NCBI RefSeq assembly: GCF_009914755.1
Contig: NC_060925.1
Length of the DNA: 64,000 nucleotides
From: the human T2T-CHM13v2.0 reference genome, Homo sapiens
Reading direction: 5' to 3' (one strand)
Below the pieces are notes generated by a model. It was not told the origin of the DNA. It saw only the letters and a list, made by a program, of their open reading frames with translations, and searched no databases. Of this stretch, positions 47,075 to 62,570 are shown piece after piece (position 1 is the first letter of the stretch; every line of letters starts with the position of its first letter). Both the position numbers and the translations under genes were made by a program.

Positions 47075-48564
47075 TCAATGGGATCATGCATGAAGACTGC
47101 AGAACCTGGCGTATGGTAAATGTAAATAGATGCACAGTAAAAGTGGGGGCATCATCAGCACAGGTGGCCTTCAGAGGAGGAGTGGGGTGAAAGGTCTTTG
47201 GAAGGGTGAATGTGGGATACAGTGGGGACTCAGGGTTTTGGCAGAGGGAAGGGGCTCCGGGCCTCTTTCACGTCCCTGACGTGCTGAGTCTCCCTTCCAA
47301 ACTGACCCACCCCTGTGCCTCTGCTGACCCACTAGGTGGGTCAACATGACCATCCTGGTGAAGGCTTTCGGGTCTCAGAAGATGTCATATCTGGGAGCTT
47401 AACCCCTTGAGTTCTTGGGGGAAGACTTGGGTAAGCTTATCCGAAGGTCACATGGTCTGGGGGAAGGAGCATGAACTCTGGATTTAAATCCCAGCTCTTT
47501 CACTCTCCCACTGTGTGACCTTGGACAAGTCACTTAACCTCTCTGGGCCTATTTATTCATAAAGCAGGATAGAGCCACCTTCCCTGCAGGGTTGCCTGGA
47601 GGCTTAGCACACAGTGGGCCTCTGTAAACGGGAGAGATGGGTGTGATTCCATGCGGCCTCCACACAGCCTCCACAGAGGGCAAGGGAGTAGATGTTAATG
47701 AGCTCTGGGGCTGGTCCAAAAAGCCAGTCTATAAAACCCCTGCCTGCAGCTTCTGGTGTGTTGCTCATGGGAGTTTATGTGAAGGACACAGCCGGATAAG
47801 AGCCCATTGTTCTGAGTGGAGATGGTTTTATGACTCTTAGAAAGCGTCTTTCATCTGGGAGACCAGGGAGCTTATGGAGCCTCCCCGCCCTGGGCAGTGA
47901 AACTGTGAGATGATGAAGGTTTCTGGGGCTGGTGCCAGGCTGCAGCCATGGCCAGGCCCTCCTGCCACAGCCTAGGCGAGCCAGTGGGAGCTGAGCACCC
48001 CCCACCACCACCCACCAGCCAAGTGTCACTGAAGTCTCTCTCTAGGCCCAGGCCCAGGCCCTGCCCTCCTGAGAACCTCTTGTCCTGGCCCGCAGTCTCC
48101 AGCCAGGTCTGCTTGGCAAGGCTGGAGGCTCGCTGTGTCCTCTGGGCTCTCTCCCTGCTCCCTCTCCTCAGCAGCCACCGACACATCCCCTCTATCTTCA
48201 TGGTAACTTCTAGAACAGGCCCTCGGCCCTGTCTGCTGTCAGCTGACCAGCAACTCTTATGCCTGGGAGCCTGGCCTGGTGCTCTGATCCCTGGGTTGGA
48301 GCAGTAATCTGATGCCAGGAAGCAAAGACCTTGTCTCCTTGTCCTTTCTGGCTCCTTGGCCAGGCCCCAAGCTGAGAAATCCAACCTCCCCTTGGCTCAG
48401 CAGACATCCCCAAGTGCTCTGCCTGTTATCCCTAGAGGAGGCTGCAGATACCCCTGAGGAGTAGGTGGCCCCCTGGGGCCTGTGGGGTTTGGCCTGCTGG
48501 GTAGAGGAGCTGTATGTGTTTGCAGCTGCCTCTGATACCCCAGCCCACATTTACCCTGTGCTAA

Positions 48565-48813
<249 letters not shown>

Positions 48814-49305
48814 TGAACTCCTGACCTCAGGTGATCTGCCTGCCTCGGCCTCCCAAAGTGTTGGGATTACAAGTGTGAGCTACTGCACCCACCACCCCCT
48901 CTTGACCTTTTCTGTTTTAGGAGATACAGGAAGGCTAAAGCACGGTGCTGGGTATACCTTGTGCCTTAACTGGTCCCTCTCTTTGCAAAGGACTCAGGAA
49001 TGCCCCCTTCATCCTGCACCAAGACAGTGGCCAGGGACAGACAGTACCACCTGAATATTCATCTCTCCTCTCATCACAGGCTTCTTGGCTTTCAAGAAAT
49101 AAAAATCCACTCAAGTGGCTCAAGTGAAGGGGGTGCTGAGTAAGAACAGGTCTTCTTGACGAACATTCAAGGCTAGGACAGAGTGTCTTTGTGCCTCAGT
49201 TTCCTCATTGGTAAAATGGGGATAAAAGTATCCACTTTATAGGGTTACTGTGAGGATTAAATGAGCTAATACATGTGAAGTGTTTAAACAGAACCTGGTG
49301 TTTAG

Positions 49306-49476
<171 letters not shown>

Positions 49477-49824
49477 TGATTTTGACACTACATTCCCCAG
49501 GAGAATGGGCTATTCAGACTAGTCTCTCCTGATACTAAGTCCCGTAAAGGAGCAGCTCAGGGAAGTGAGGCGTCCTTTGACCTGATCCCCCAGGACACCT
49601 GTGGCTGTCTTTGACTTTAGCTTGTTTCCCCCCAGATGCAGGTCTTGGGTTATGAAGAACCTAGAAGGCTTGAGGTGTTGCTCCGTGCATCCCAGCCCCC
49701 CTCAAAATGCCTGTCCTATTGAACAGGGGCAGGAATGTTATGGAAGGAGGGTTTCATCTTGATGAGACCGACTCTATCATCCTTATTTGTAGCAAAACGT
49801 GACCTAGTCTCTCTTTGATACTAG

Positions 49825-50888
<1,064 letters not shown>

Positions 50889-50911
50889 ACTTTCTGTTTG
50901 ATCTACTATGG

Positions 50912-51437
50912 CAGAGGCCCTCAAACTTTTTGGCCTCAGGAACTGGTTTCGGGGATGTGGAAGACAATTTTTCCATGGATGGGGTGGGGGGATGGTTTTG
51001 GGATGATTCAAACGCATTACATTTATTGTGCACTTTATTTCTATTATTATATTGTAATATATAATGAAATAATTATACAACTCACCATAATGTAGAATCA
51101 GTGGAAGCCCTGAGCTTGTTTTCCTGCAACCAGATGGTCCCATCTGGGGGTGATGGGAGACACTGACAGATCATCAGGCATTAGATTCTCATAAGGGGCG
51201 CGCAGTCTAGATCCCTCACATGCACAGTTCACAACAGGGCTTGTGGTCCTCTGAGAATCTAATGCCACCATTGCTGATCTGATAGGAAGCAGAGCTCAGG
51301 TGGTAATGTGAGTGATGGGCATGGCTATACATAGAGATGAAGCTTGCTTACCTGCCACTCCCCTCCTGCTGTGTGACCTGGTTCCTAACAGGCCACAGCC
51401 TGGTTCTGATCCATGGCCTGAGGGTTGGGGACCCCTG
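50912..51437 (-). mobile_element. Full-length MER1A (hAT-Charlie)
   Basis: About 526 bp with termini cagaggccctcaaact.../...ggttggggacccctg. 8-bp TSD (t/c)actatgg. Confidence 0.9.
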
Positions 51438-51799
51438 CACTATGGAGCTGACTGGTGGGAGCGGGGCCAGACTGGGAGGCAGCGGCGGGGGCCCTGGGTC
51501 CCCATCTTGGCTTTGCCACCAGATTGCTGAGCAATCTTGGACAAGTCACCTAACCTCTCTGACCAGGGAAATACCACCCCTGTATGCCCTCATTCTCTCT
51601 TTCCCAGGTCAGCAGCGGAGACAAGGAGGACAGACTCCTGAGTCCCATCCAGATGTAATGTATCATTGATGATTTTGCTTACACAATAAATCCTGCCCTC
51701 ACCAGAGTGCTCAGTGAGTGGGTAATTCTGGTTAATTGAATGTTCTGGGACATGGAAATGTTCCCAGAAATCCTTTTTGTTCCTTTTGTGGCTATTGAA

Positions 51800-52200
51800 A
51801 CCCATCCACTCATCTATTCAGCACATATTTGTCTCGTGTCTATGCTGCACCAGGTTCTGGAGCAGGTGCTGGGGATACCACCCGGAATGAGACAACAGAG
51901 TCCAGCCTCCGTGGACTCACAGTCCGGGGGGGAGACATGGGGCAAACATGCCACCACATGTGGTAGGTTGGGCACACTGACCAGGGAATGCAGGCTGCAG
52001 GTAGGGGCCTGGGGCCCAGTGTGGCCGTCCTTGGAAGGAGCTCCCTGAGAAGGTGCTGTTTATGTTGACAGCACTAAAAAGCAGTTAACCATAGTGTCTG
52101 GGGGATGGAGTAGTCAGGGGCATTCCAGCCGAGGGCAAAGGCTCAGAGAAACACCTGTGCATTCATTTGTGCTGTGGAGCTTAGAGTGTGCAGCTGGGGC
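51800..52200 (-). mobile_element. L2 fragment
   Basis: catctattcagcacatatttg...caggtgctggggatac...ggcattccagccgagggcaaagg. Confidence 0.7.
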
Positions 52201-52759
52201 AGGGCACAATGGCTCACACCTGTAATCCCGGCACTTTGGGAGGCCAGAGCAGGAGAATCACTTGAGCCCAGGAGTTCAAGACCAGCCTGGGCAACATGGT
52301 GAAACCCCATCTCTACAAAAAAATACAAAAATTGGCGGGGCATGATGGTGCACACCTGTAGTCTCAGTTAGGAGGCTGTGGTAGGGGGGTCACTTAAGCC
52401 TGGGAGGCGGAGGTTGCGGTGAGCTGAGATCACATCATTGCACACTGGCCTCAATGACAGAGCAAGACTCTATCACCAAAAAAGAAAAACAAGAATGTGC
52501 TTCTGGGGAAGTGAGAGTGAAGAGGCGGGTGCATGTCAAGAGGGCAAGAATACGTGAAGATGTGGCCTGCTGAGGGCTGGCCTGGACTGTGAGGGCTGCA
52601 GGTTTATTTATTTTCCAGCATATGTTTTGTGATGTCACTCTTTCTCGCCAGAGTGGAGAGTAGAGGGAAAATGAAATCAAAACACTATCACAGAGGAGGG
52701 GCCTTAAATCAGAGGAGTGACAGAGGGCTGCGAGTGACGTTGACAAGTGGAGAGCACAG

Positions 52760-53320
52760 CTGTGTCTAAAGGGCCACCACTCCTGGGGCCCTGCAGAGTG
52801 TGGCCCTGGGGGAATGTGGACCTGGCATTATCAGATCTTCCGATTTGTTAAGAGAAGCTAGAAATCTGGCTTTTAATTTTTTTTTTTCAGAGACAGAGTC
52901 ATGCTGTTTCCTAGGCTGGGGTGCAGCGGTGGGATCATGGCTCACTGCAGCCTCAAACTCCTGGGCTCAAGTGATCCTCCCACCTCAGCCACCTGAGTAG
53001 CTGGGACTATAGGCATGCACTACCGCATCTGGCTAGATTTTTATTTTATTTTATTTTATTTTATTTTTGTAGAGACAGGGGTCTCCCTATGTTGCCCAGG
53101 CTGGTCTAAAATGCCTGACCTCAAGCAATCCTCTTGCCTTGGCCTCCTAAAGTGCTGGGATTACAGGCATGAGCCACTGCTCCTGGCTGCAATCTGACTT
53201 TTTATGGGAAATCTCCCAATGATTAAATGATGGCAACTAACAACAACAAAACCACTGTGGGCAAAACAAAATGCTTCTGCAGACTCAATTTGTTTTATGA
53301 GCAGGTGGTTTGGAACCCTA
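52760..53320 (+). mobile_element. MER103C-like DNA transposon, interrupted by an Alu
   Basis: cagatcttccgatttgttaagagaagctagaaatctgg...ttttatgggaaatctcc...tggcaacta...gggcaaaacaaaa. Confidence 0.65.
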
Positions 53321-53533
53321 GACCCAGAGGGTTATATTGATAAGGGTTCTAGGGTGTCCTTTAGAATCCATTACGATCCTCTAAAGAGTGTGCCCCTAAC
53401 CTGTGCTGGGCTCTGAGGGCACAACGGGGGTCTGGGGCATGGCCCCTGCCCTCAAGGCTGTATCATAGCTGCCCTCAAGCTAGATGGGTCAAATCAGTTA
53501 TGCACCCAGAGCCAACTTACAACAAAAGGACTA

Positions 53534-53845
<312 letters not shown>

Positions 53846-53850
53846 CTACA

Positions 53851-53883
<33 letters not shown>

Positions 53884-54789
53884 AAAAAATGAGCCAGGCA
53901 TGGCTACCTGGCAATATAGGCACTACAGGCACCACCATGCCCGCACCTGTAGTGCCAGCTACTTGCAGGCTGAGGCAGGAGGATTGCTTGAGCCTAGGAG
54001 TTTGAGGTTACGGCGAGCTGATTGTGCCAGCCTGAGCCACAGGGCAAGACCCAGTCTCTTAAAAAAAAACAAAGAAAGAAAAAAAACATAGCCAAGGAAG
54101 GGGTTGGAGTACACTGTGAAAGACCGCGATGCTGGTCTGGGATGTGTACTTGGCTCTGGCTATGACGGCAGGACTCAAAAGTCCATTTCTGGTCCAAAGC
54201 TTAATGCCATGAGCCTGAGGTCACTCAATGGACATCTGAAGTCTTCTTCCTGCTTTGCTAGCATCCCCAAACCTCTCCTGTCTGCTGTCCTGCCATCATT
54301 TATTCACAGCAGGGCAGGGGCCGTGCCTGTTGTGTTCACTGGTGTCTCCTGCGTGCCTAGAACGATGTCTGGAACAGAGCAAAAATGCTCAAAGAATATC
54401 TCCTGCCTACTTAAACTATGAGCCAGTGTTGCCCTAGCCTGGGGCTCAGGACAACTCTGTGGTGCTTATGTTCTTGTGTCGAGAGGGACAATAAACAAAC
54501 CAACAAGTCGGTGAATAAGATGATTTCAGTGCGTGGCCTGTGTGGCTTGTCTCACTGCACTGTAGCCGTTTGTTTATTTGCGTCTTCTCCTAAGCCTATG
54601 AGCTCCGAGGGGGCGGGGCTGGGGTCTGTCTGGTTCTTTGTCTCACTGGTAGCCCCTGAGGCTGGTGCCTGACAAATAGGGAGTAGTTAAAAAAAAAAAA
54701 AAAAAAAGTTTTTGCTGGCTGTGGGCTGTAAGGAACACAAGCTGAAAATGATTTCAACCTACGTGCACCTGTACCCTTTGGAGGCTGCA

Positions 54790-54930
54790 GAACTTATCAT
54801 TATCAACCCAGGAGTAATTGCTGATAAGCCCGCGTGTGAATTTCCTTGCAAATAGAGGGGTAGCGGGGGAGTGTTTAACAACAACGCGGATAATCTTAAT
54901 TAATGACCTGATAACTGTAATTAATTGCAT
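54790..54930. promoter_or_regulatory. Promoter-proximal GATA/homeobox motif cluster
   Basis: CTTATCA 54793, TTATCA 54800, TGATAAG 54822, GGATAA 54888, TGATAA 54909; TAATTAAT at 54897 and 54918. Confidence 0.5.
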
Positions 54931-55699
54931 CATATCCAGAGGCCCTCTTTGGAATTTCAGGAGGGAGTACCTAGTGTTTGGCAGCTTTGGAGCTGCAAAG
55001 GCAGGGGAATGCTAGGATCTCAGTCTCAGCACTTTGCTGCTCAGTGAGCTTTGCCAAGTTACTCTCAGTTCTGAGCCTCAGTTTTCTCCTAGGGAAAATG
55101 GGGCTACATCACTGGGGTGTTGCCGGTCTCAAAGCCGTCAATGCCTGAACCCGCCAGGGTTGTTCTTGGAGGTTTGGCTGCATGGCTGCAAGGTTCCCCA
55201 TGTTGCCATGGCGGGGGTGGGGGGCAATACGGGGCCGCCAAGACTGGTTGAGGGGCAGGTCATAAGTCTAGGGTTTCCCCTGGGGCCGGTCCAGGATTCT
55301 CACCCTTTTGGGGGAACCTCAGGGCAAAATGTTGAAGTGGGGGAGGAGAAGCCAGCACCCTGCGCGCCTGCGGGGTCTCCCCGCGGAGAACCGGGGAAGG
55401 AGAACCGGGAGGCGGGAAGTGGGGACCCCGGGGTAGGTGAAGGAGCGAGGAGGTCGCCGTGTGGCCGGGGCCGGGCCCCATCCCCGCGGGCCTCAGTTTC
55501 CCCCCTGTACTGTGGGGGGCCGGTGGGCTGCCGGGACCGCTGGGGGCTCGCAGCGGGTCGGGGGAGGCCACGTCTCCCTCGCGGCGCGCTGGGAGCAGGG
55601 AGGGGGCGCGGCGGCCGCTGCCCCGGCCACCAGGGGTTAAGCGGTGACCTCAGCCGCGGCGCCCCGGGACCGGGCGGGCGGGGGCGGCGCCGCGTCGCG

Positions 55700-55944
55700 C
55701 ACGGCGGCGGCGGCGGGACCAGGCCTCGGAGCGCGGCGGGCGCGGGCGCAGTCCCGGCGGGCCCGGACCTCGCGGGCGGGCGGGCGGCGCGGCCATTGGC
55801 TCGGGTGGCGGCGGCTGCGGCGGTGGGGGCGCCGTCCCGGCCATGGGCGCCCGCGGCGGCCTGCGGAGCTGGAGGCGCGGCGCCGGCCGCCAGGCGCCTT
55901 TGTGAGCGGCGCGGACGACAAAGGCGCGGGCCCGGGCAGCCGAG
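55700..55944 (+). other. ARHGEF10L: First (5' UTR) exon of a + strand gene; intron 1 runs to the window end; start position approximate
   Basis: Lies in the CpG island and ends at the donor GAG|GTGGGT, followed by a GT-rich intron. The gene name rests on my recollection of the ARHGEF10L 5' UTR (…ggacgacaaaggcgcgggcccgggcagccgag) and its long intergenic upstream region; not verified by alignment. Confidence 0.55.
55843..55905 (+). other. Candidate uORF, 20 aa (MGARGGLRSWRRGAGRQAPL*)
   Basis: ATG in a strong Kozak context (gccATGG) with an in-frame TGA before the splice donor. Confidence 0.55.
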
Positions 55945-57541
55945 GTGGGTGAGTGAGCGCGGGGGCCCTGCCTCCGCGGGATCCTCGCGTGTGCCGGAGT
56001 CTGCGAGTGCGCGGGAGGCGCTCCAGGCGCCAGGGTCCTCCGGGTGTCCTGGGCGTGTCGCCGTGGGCGGGCGGGGGCCGTGTCCGCCGCTGTGTCCCTG
56101 TGTCTGGGTGTGAGAGCCCCGAGCCCGCGTCTCCCCTCTGTGTGGGTCTCTCCTTGTGTCACTGGAGTTCTGGTGTTACTAGGGCGAGTGGCCTTTGTGC
56201 TTCAGCTTGTGTGTGTGTGTGGCCTCCAGCCGGCTGGAGTCAGGACAGTTTGGGAACCCCCACCCCCACCCTGTGCCTCACTTTCCCCTGTGGTCCACTT
56301 CTTCCTGCGCTGACCTTGGGGGTCCCTGGGATCGGGTGAAGTCAGGGAGTGCCCCTGTCGCCTCTGTGGTGAGTCAGCCTCTCCCACCCTGGACCCCCGC
56401 CCAGAGGCGGAACGGGACGGCCTCCTGCAGGAGGAGACTGTGGGAGGAGAGGATGCCGGGTCAGCCGGAGGCCGTGGCTGCGGAGCCGCCAGTCCCGGAT
56501 CCTCCCTGGAACAGGGATATATGTCAGGGAGGGCCCTAGATGAAGACCAGCCCCCCTGGAGTCGCTGGGATGGCCTCCGAGAGGGAGAGCAGGCCTGACT
56601 GTAGGGGGCATGGGGACAATTCTTCCTCCCTCTGCCAAAGCGGGGCCCTGGGGCGGGGGTCTCGAATCTTCCTTTGGCCCTGAAAGCCAGGAGGCCCTGC
56701 GTTGCATCAGTGCCAAGTAGAGAGGTGGTGGCTGGTGGGCTGCACTTTCCCACTGGCTTTGGAGCTCAGTTTCTGCCCCAGAGTCCTTGGCCTCCCTTAA
56801 GGATGCTACTGGGAAGCCACGCCCCACCTGCCGGGAGCCCCATCTGCTCCTCCTCGGGTTCTGGGGAGAGAGGGCAGGTTGTGCGGGCTCATTAGAATGC
56901 ATAGCTCTTCCCAGCATCCGCCCAGCACTGTGCCCCCCACGGTGTTCAGGCCCTGGACACACAGACTAGAAAGCAGGTCAGCCTCCGGAAATCTCCAAGC
57001 TCCCTGTGACTGTGGGCTGGGGACTGCCCTTCCCCTTCATCGGGCCCTCAGGCTGAAGCTCAGAACCCTCCTGTAAGGAAGGCTTCCTGGGGTGCCCGAA
57101 TCTGATGCTCGCTCTGTCCCCAGGCGCTTGCCTTCCTGAGGCCCCCTGTCCCTTCCCCTTCCACCAAAGAGCCTCTGTGGGCTGTTCTCTCTATCCAGGA
57201 AGTGGGTCCCATCCTTCACCTCTTTCATTTCTCACTCGGGAGCTACTTCCTCTCCAGTGAGCCAGGGTAGCCACAGTGCTCTGAGGGTTCCTGCCCCAGT
57301 TGTGGGGGCGGGGGGCTTTTTTCAGTCTTCCAGTGGAACAGGGGCCGTGTCTGTCCTTGATCACAGCTCAGAACAGTGCCTGGTGCATAGTGGGTGCTCT
57401 ACACATAGTTGCTGAATAAATGAATGTCCAATAACTAATGGTTCCCAAATTCTGTTTCAAGTTTTAACTCTGGAGTAGTCTGGGGAGGGGCGAAAGCTGG
57501 TGTACTGCTCTGGGGCCCAGGTACCAGGTTAGTATAAGAGG

Positions 57542-58445
<904 letters not shown>

Positions 58446-59281
58446 TATATATATGAGGAAAGTGTACTGTTACTTGGGGAAATAGTATATTAATTAACAG
58501 ACATTTATAGTATATGCTGAGTGCCAGGTGTTGGGCTAGATGCTTTAAGCATGTACCTCTTACACACTGAGAAGGAACAGAGTGGAAAGAATACATGTAA
58601 TCTTCTATGATTAATTTTGAAAAGATAAAGTAAATGATATATATGCCATGATAAGATAATAACGTGGATTTATATTGCACTTTCATATCTGCTATCTCTT
58701 TGTTTTGACAACACCCTAGTAGTTAGGCAGGGAGATGGGTTCATATCCATCTTACAGATGAGGAAGCTGAGCATACAGCATTTAAGTGACTGTCGAAGGT
58801 CACTGCTGAAGCGAGTCAGTGAAGGCGCCAGCACTCAGCCTGGGACTCCCTGGCCACTCAGTCCTTGCTTTCTTCTGCACAACTGTCTCCAGTGCCTTTT
58901 GTATTCCTGTCACCCGGCTAGACAAGGGTGAATGGGCCACTGTTCTTGCCCTCAAGGGGTCTAAAGTCCAGGAGAGAATCAGGCTCTTTAACAACTGAGT
59001 GTGCCAGAGTTGTTCCGCCCCACGGTGCCACCTTGGGCCCAGCTCAGCCCCTTCCTTGCAGTGTCCCAGAGAGTTCTTCTTCTCTCTACCTCAGTGGAGG
59101 GCATCAGAGCCATTTTCATTCAGGACCCTGGTCTGATGACATTCCCAGGAGTGACTGGTCCTTACAGAGCCTCTGCCGGGTCCTGGGCAGTGGTGAGTTG
59201 GGAGCCAGCTCACACCTACACATAAGAGCTGATTGCTAAATTTTAGGAATTTTATGAGCCGGTTGTTAAACGCAGCCATTA

Positions 59282-60592
<1,311 letters not shown>

Positions 60593-60708
60593 TGTAAATT
60601 ATATTTTATAAAGTAATAAATACTCAATTTTTTTCCTAATTATTTTATTCTATTATTACCTGTGCTTTTGTGGTTATTTGCTGCTTTGTGTGTGTGTGCA
60701 TTGGGGAG

Positions 60709-61086
60709 TGTATTAGTTCTTTTTCATACTGCTATTTTCATACTGCTATGAAGAAATACCTGAGACTAGGTAATTTGTAAAGAAAAAGAGATTTAATGGA
60801 CTCACAGTTCCACATGGCTGGGGAGGCCTCACAATCATGGTAGAAGGCGAAGGAGGAGCAAAGGCACATCTTACATGGTGGCAGGCAAGAGAGCCTGTGT
60901 AGGGGAACTGTCCTTTATAAAACCTTCAGGTCTTGGGAGACTTATTCACTATCATGAGAACAGCATGGGGAAAACCTGCCCCTGTGATTCAATTACCTCC
61001 CACCACGTCCCTCCCATGACATGCAGGGATTATTGGAGCTACAATTCAAGATGAGATTTGGGTGGGGACGCAGCCAAACCATATCA
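60709..61086 (-). mobile_element. THE1 (B/C/D-like) MaLR solo LTR
   Basis: tgtattagt...gactcacagttccacatggctggggaggcctcacaatcatgg...gatgagatttgggtggggacgcagccaaaccatatca, with a 14-bp internal duplication at 60721-60748. Confidence 0.92.
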
Positions 61087-62389
61087 AGGGGTGTGAGTGT
61101 GGGTGTGTGTGTGTGTGTAATGTACGTAGTGGTGTGCTACTGCATATCTCAACTCCATTCAGTGATGTCACATTGGCAGCTTGAAATTGGCCAGAGTGAG
61201 AGTATTTATATCACAGAAATTGGCAAACACTGCAAATCAGAATCTTTTCCCCTGAAGAGCCTGTTTACCAGCACACCACTGGGAATCCAGCAATGAGCAA
61301 CTCAGTCCCTCCCTTTGAACTTACATTTTGGTGTGATGGCGCTCCAGGACTGATCTTAGTGTCCTCATTGCTGAGGGGCAGCTGCTGGGCAGGGCCTGCT
61401 TTGGTGATAGAGGTTGTAAATTGCCCTCAAATCACAGGAGCTCTCCATTCCAGCAAGTGAGTTGTTACCATGCACCAGGAAGAGAGGAAATGGGACAAGG
61501 AGGAAATTCAGTTAATTGAGAGCTGACTTTGCCATTGAGTAACCCTATTCAGGATGACTCAGGCATCTGGGAGGAAAAGCAGCAGTGGTGTCTGAGGACA
61601 GACCGTGGACAAGTTAAGTAGCTTGGGGCTTGTGGAGTTGTGATGTCCAGGACATGGGTGGCTAGAGCTGACATAGGCAACAGTGGGCATGACCTGTCCA
61701 TATGGATTCAGGACCTGCATGAGAGAGTAGAGGCAGACGGTTGCTCTTGTACATCCTGTGATCTCTGGTTGGAAGATGGACATGTGCACATGTTACATAC
61801 AGTGGAGGGATGTGCGGAGTGTAGCAGGGGAATGGGGTAGGGAGAGGGGAACAATTCATGCCTCTGAACCTTTGCACATGCTGCTCCTTCTACCCAGGGG
61901 AGTTAATGTGTGTTTTCTCCACCCAGAAGGAATGGCATGTGCAAAGGCTCAGAGGCATGAATTATTGAGAGTTCAGTCTGGCTCTGGTGTCAGGTGAATC
62001 AAAAGTCTGCAGGGCTTGAAACAGAGTAGGGGAAGCATTGAACCTTCCTCAAGTCAGGAGGCACAGCATCATCTGGGTGCCAGCAAAGGAAATCTGACAA
62101 ACCTCACCTGTCAGGGGCCTTGTGCTGTGTGGATCACCCTGCTTCCCTAAAAATCTTTGAGTTTTCTTGGTAGTTTCCTGCTGTCCCTGAAGCTTGCTGG
62201 TCTTCCAGCCCCTGCATCTGTGGCTGGTGGATTCTCAAAAAAAATCCATGTTAATATCAAGCACAAAACTTAATTGGGAAGAGGGGTCTCCTGTTCTCCC
62301 CCCATTGCTAATTGATACCAGAAAAGCTGCTTCTGTCCTTCATTTAGGCAGATAATTGAGAACTTGTTTGCTTAAAGGCAACTGATTTT

Positions 62390-62570
62390 GACTTTATGCC
62401 TATAGGTGCCAGATATTTTTCATGCATCAATTCATTTAATTTCCATGCCGATCCTGCAAGTACGTCCTATTTTCCGATCTTATCGATGAGGAAATTGAGT
62501 CTCAGAGACTTATCCAAGGGCACTGTGTTTGTAAGTGGCAGGATTTGAACCCGGCAGGCCCTGAGATCTT
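62390..62570 (-). mobile_element. MIR
   Basis: tcatttaattt...gatgaggaaattgagtctcagaga...gtaagtggcaggatttgaacc. Confidence 0.75.

Larger units (their letters stand above)
55340..56500. promoter_or_regulatory. CpG-island promoter
   Basis: Very high GC and CpG density, multiple GGGCGG boxes, inverted CCAAT (ATTGG at 55795-55799), no TATA box. Confidence 0.93.

Noticed and set aside
47730-47736. TATAAAA box in unique sequence
   Set aside because: An isolated 7-mer is expected by chance, and no convincing downstream exon was seen.
55625-55640. ggccaccaggggttaa, CTCF-like
   Set aside because: Lacks the 3' GGCGC half of the core.
55034-56113. 359-aa ORF across the CpG island
   Set aside because: Non-ATG start in a MIR, low-complexity G/A/R/P composition from stop-poor GC-rich DNA, and it crosses a splice donor.
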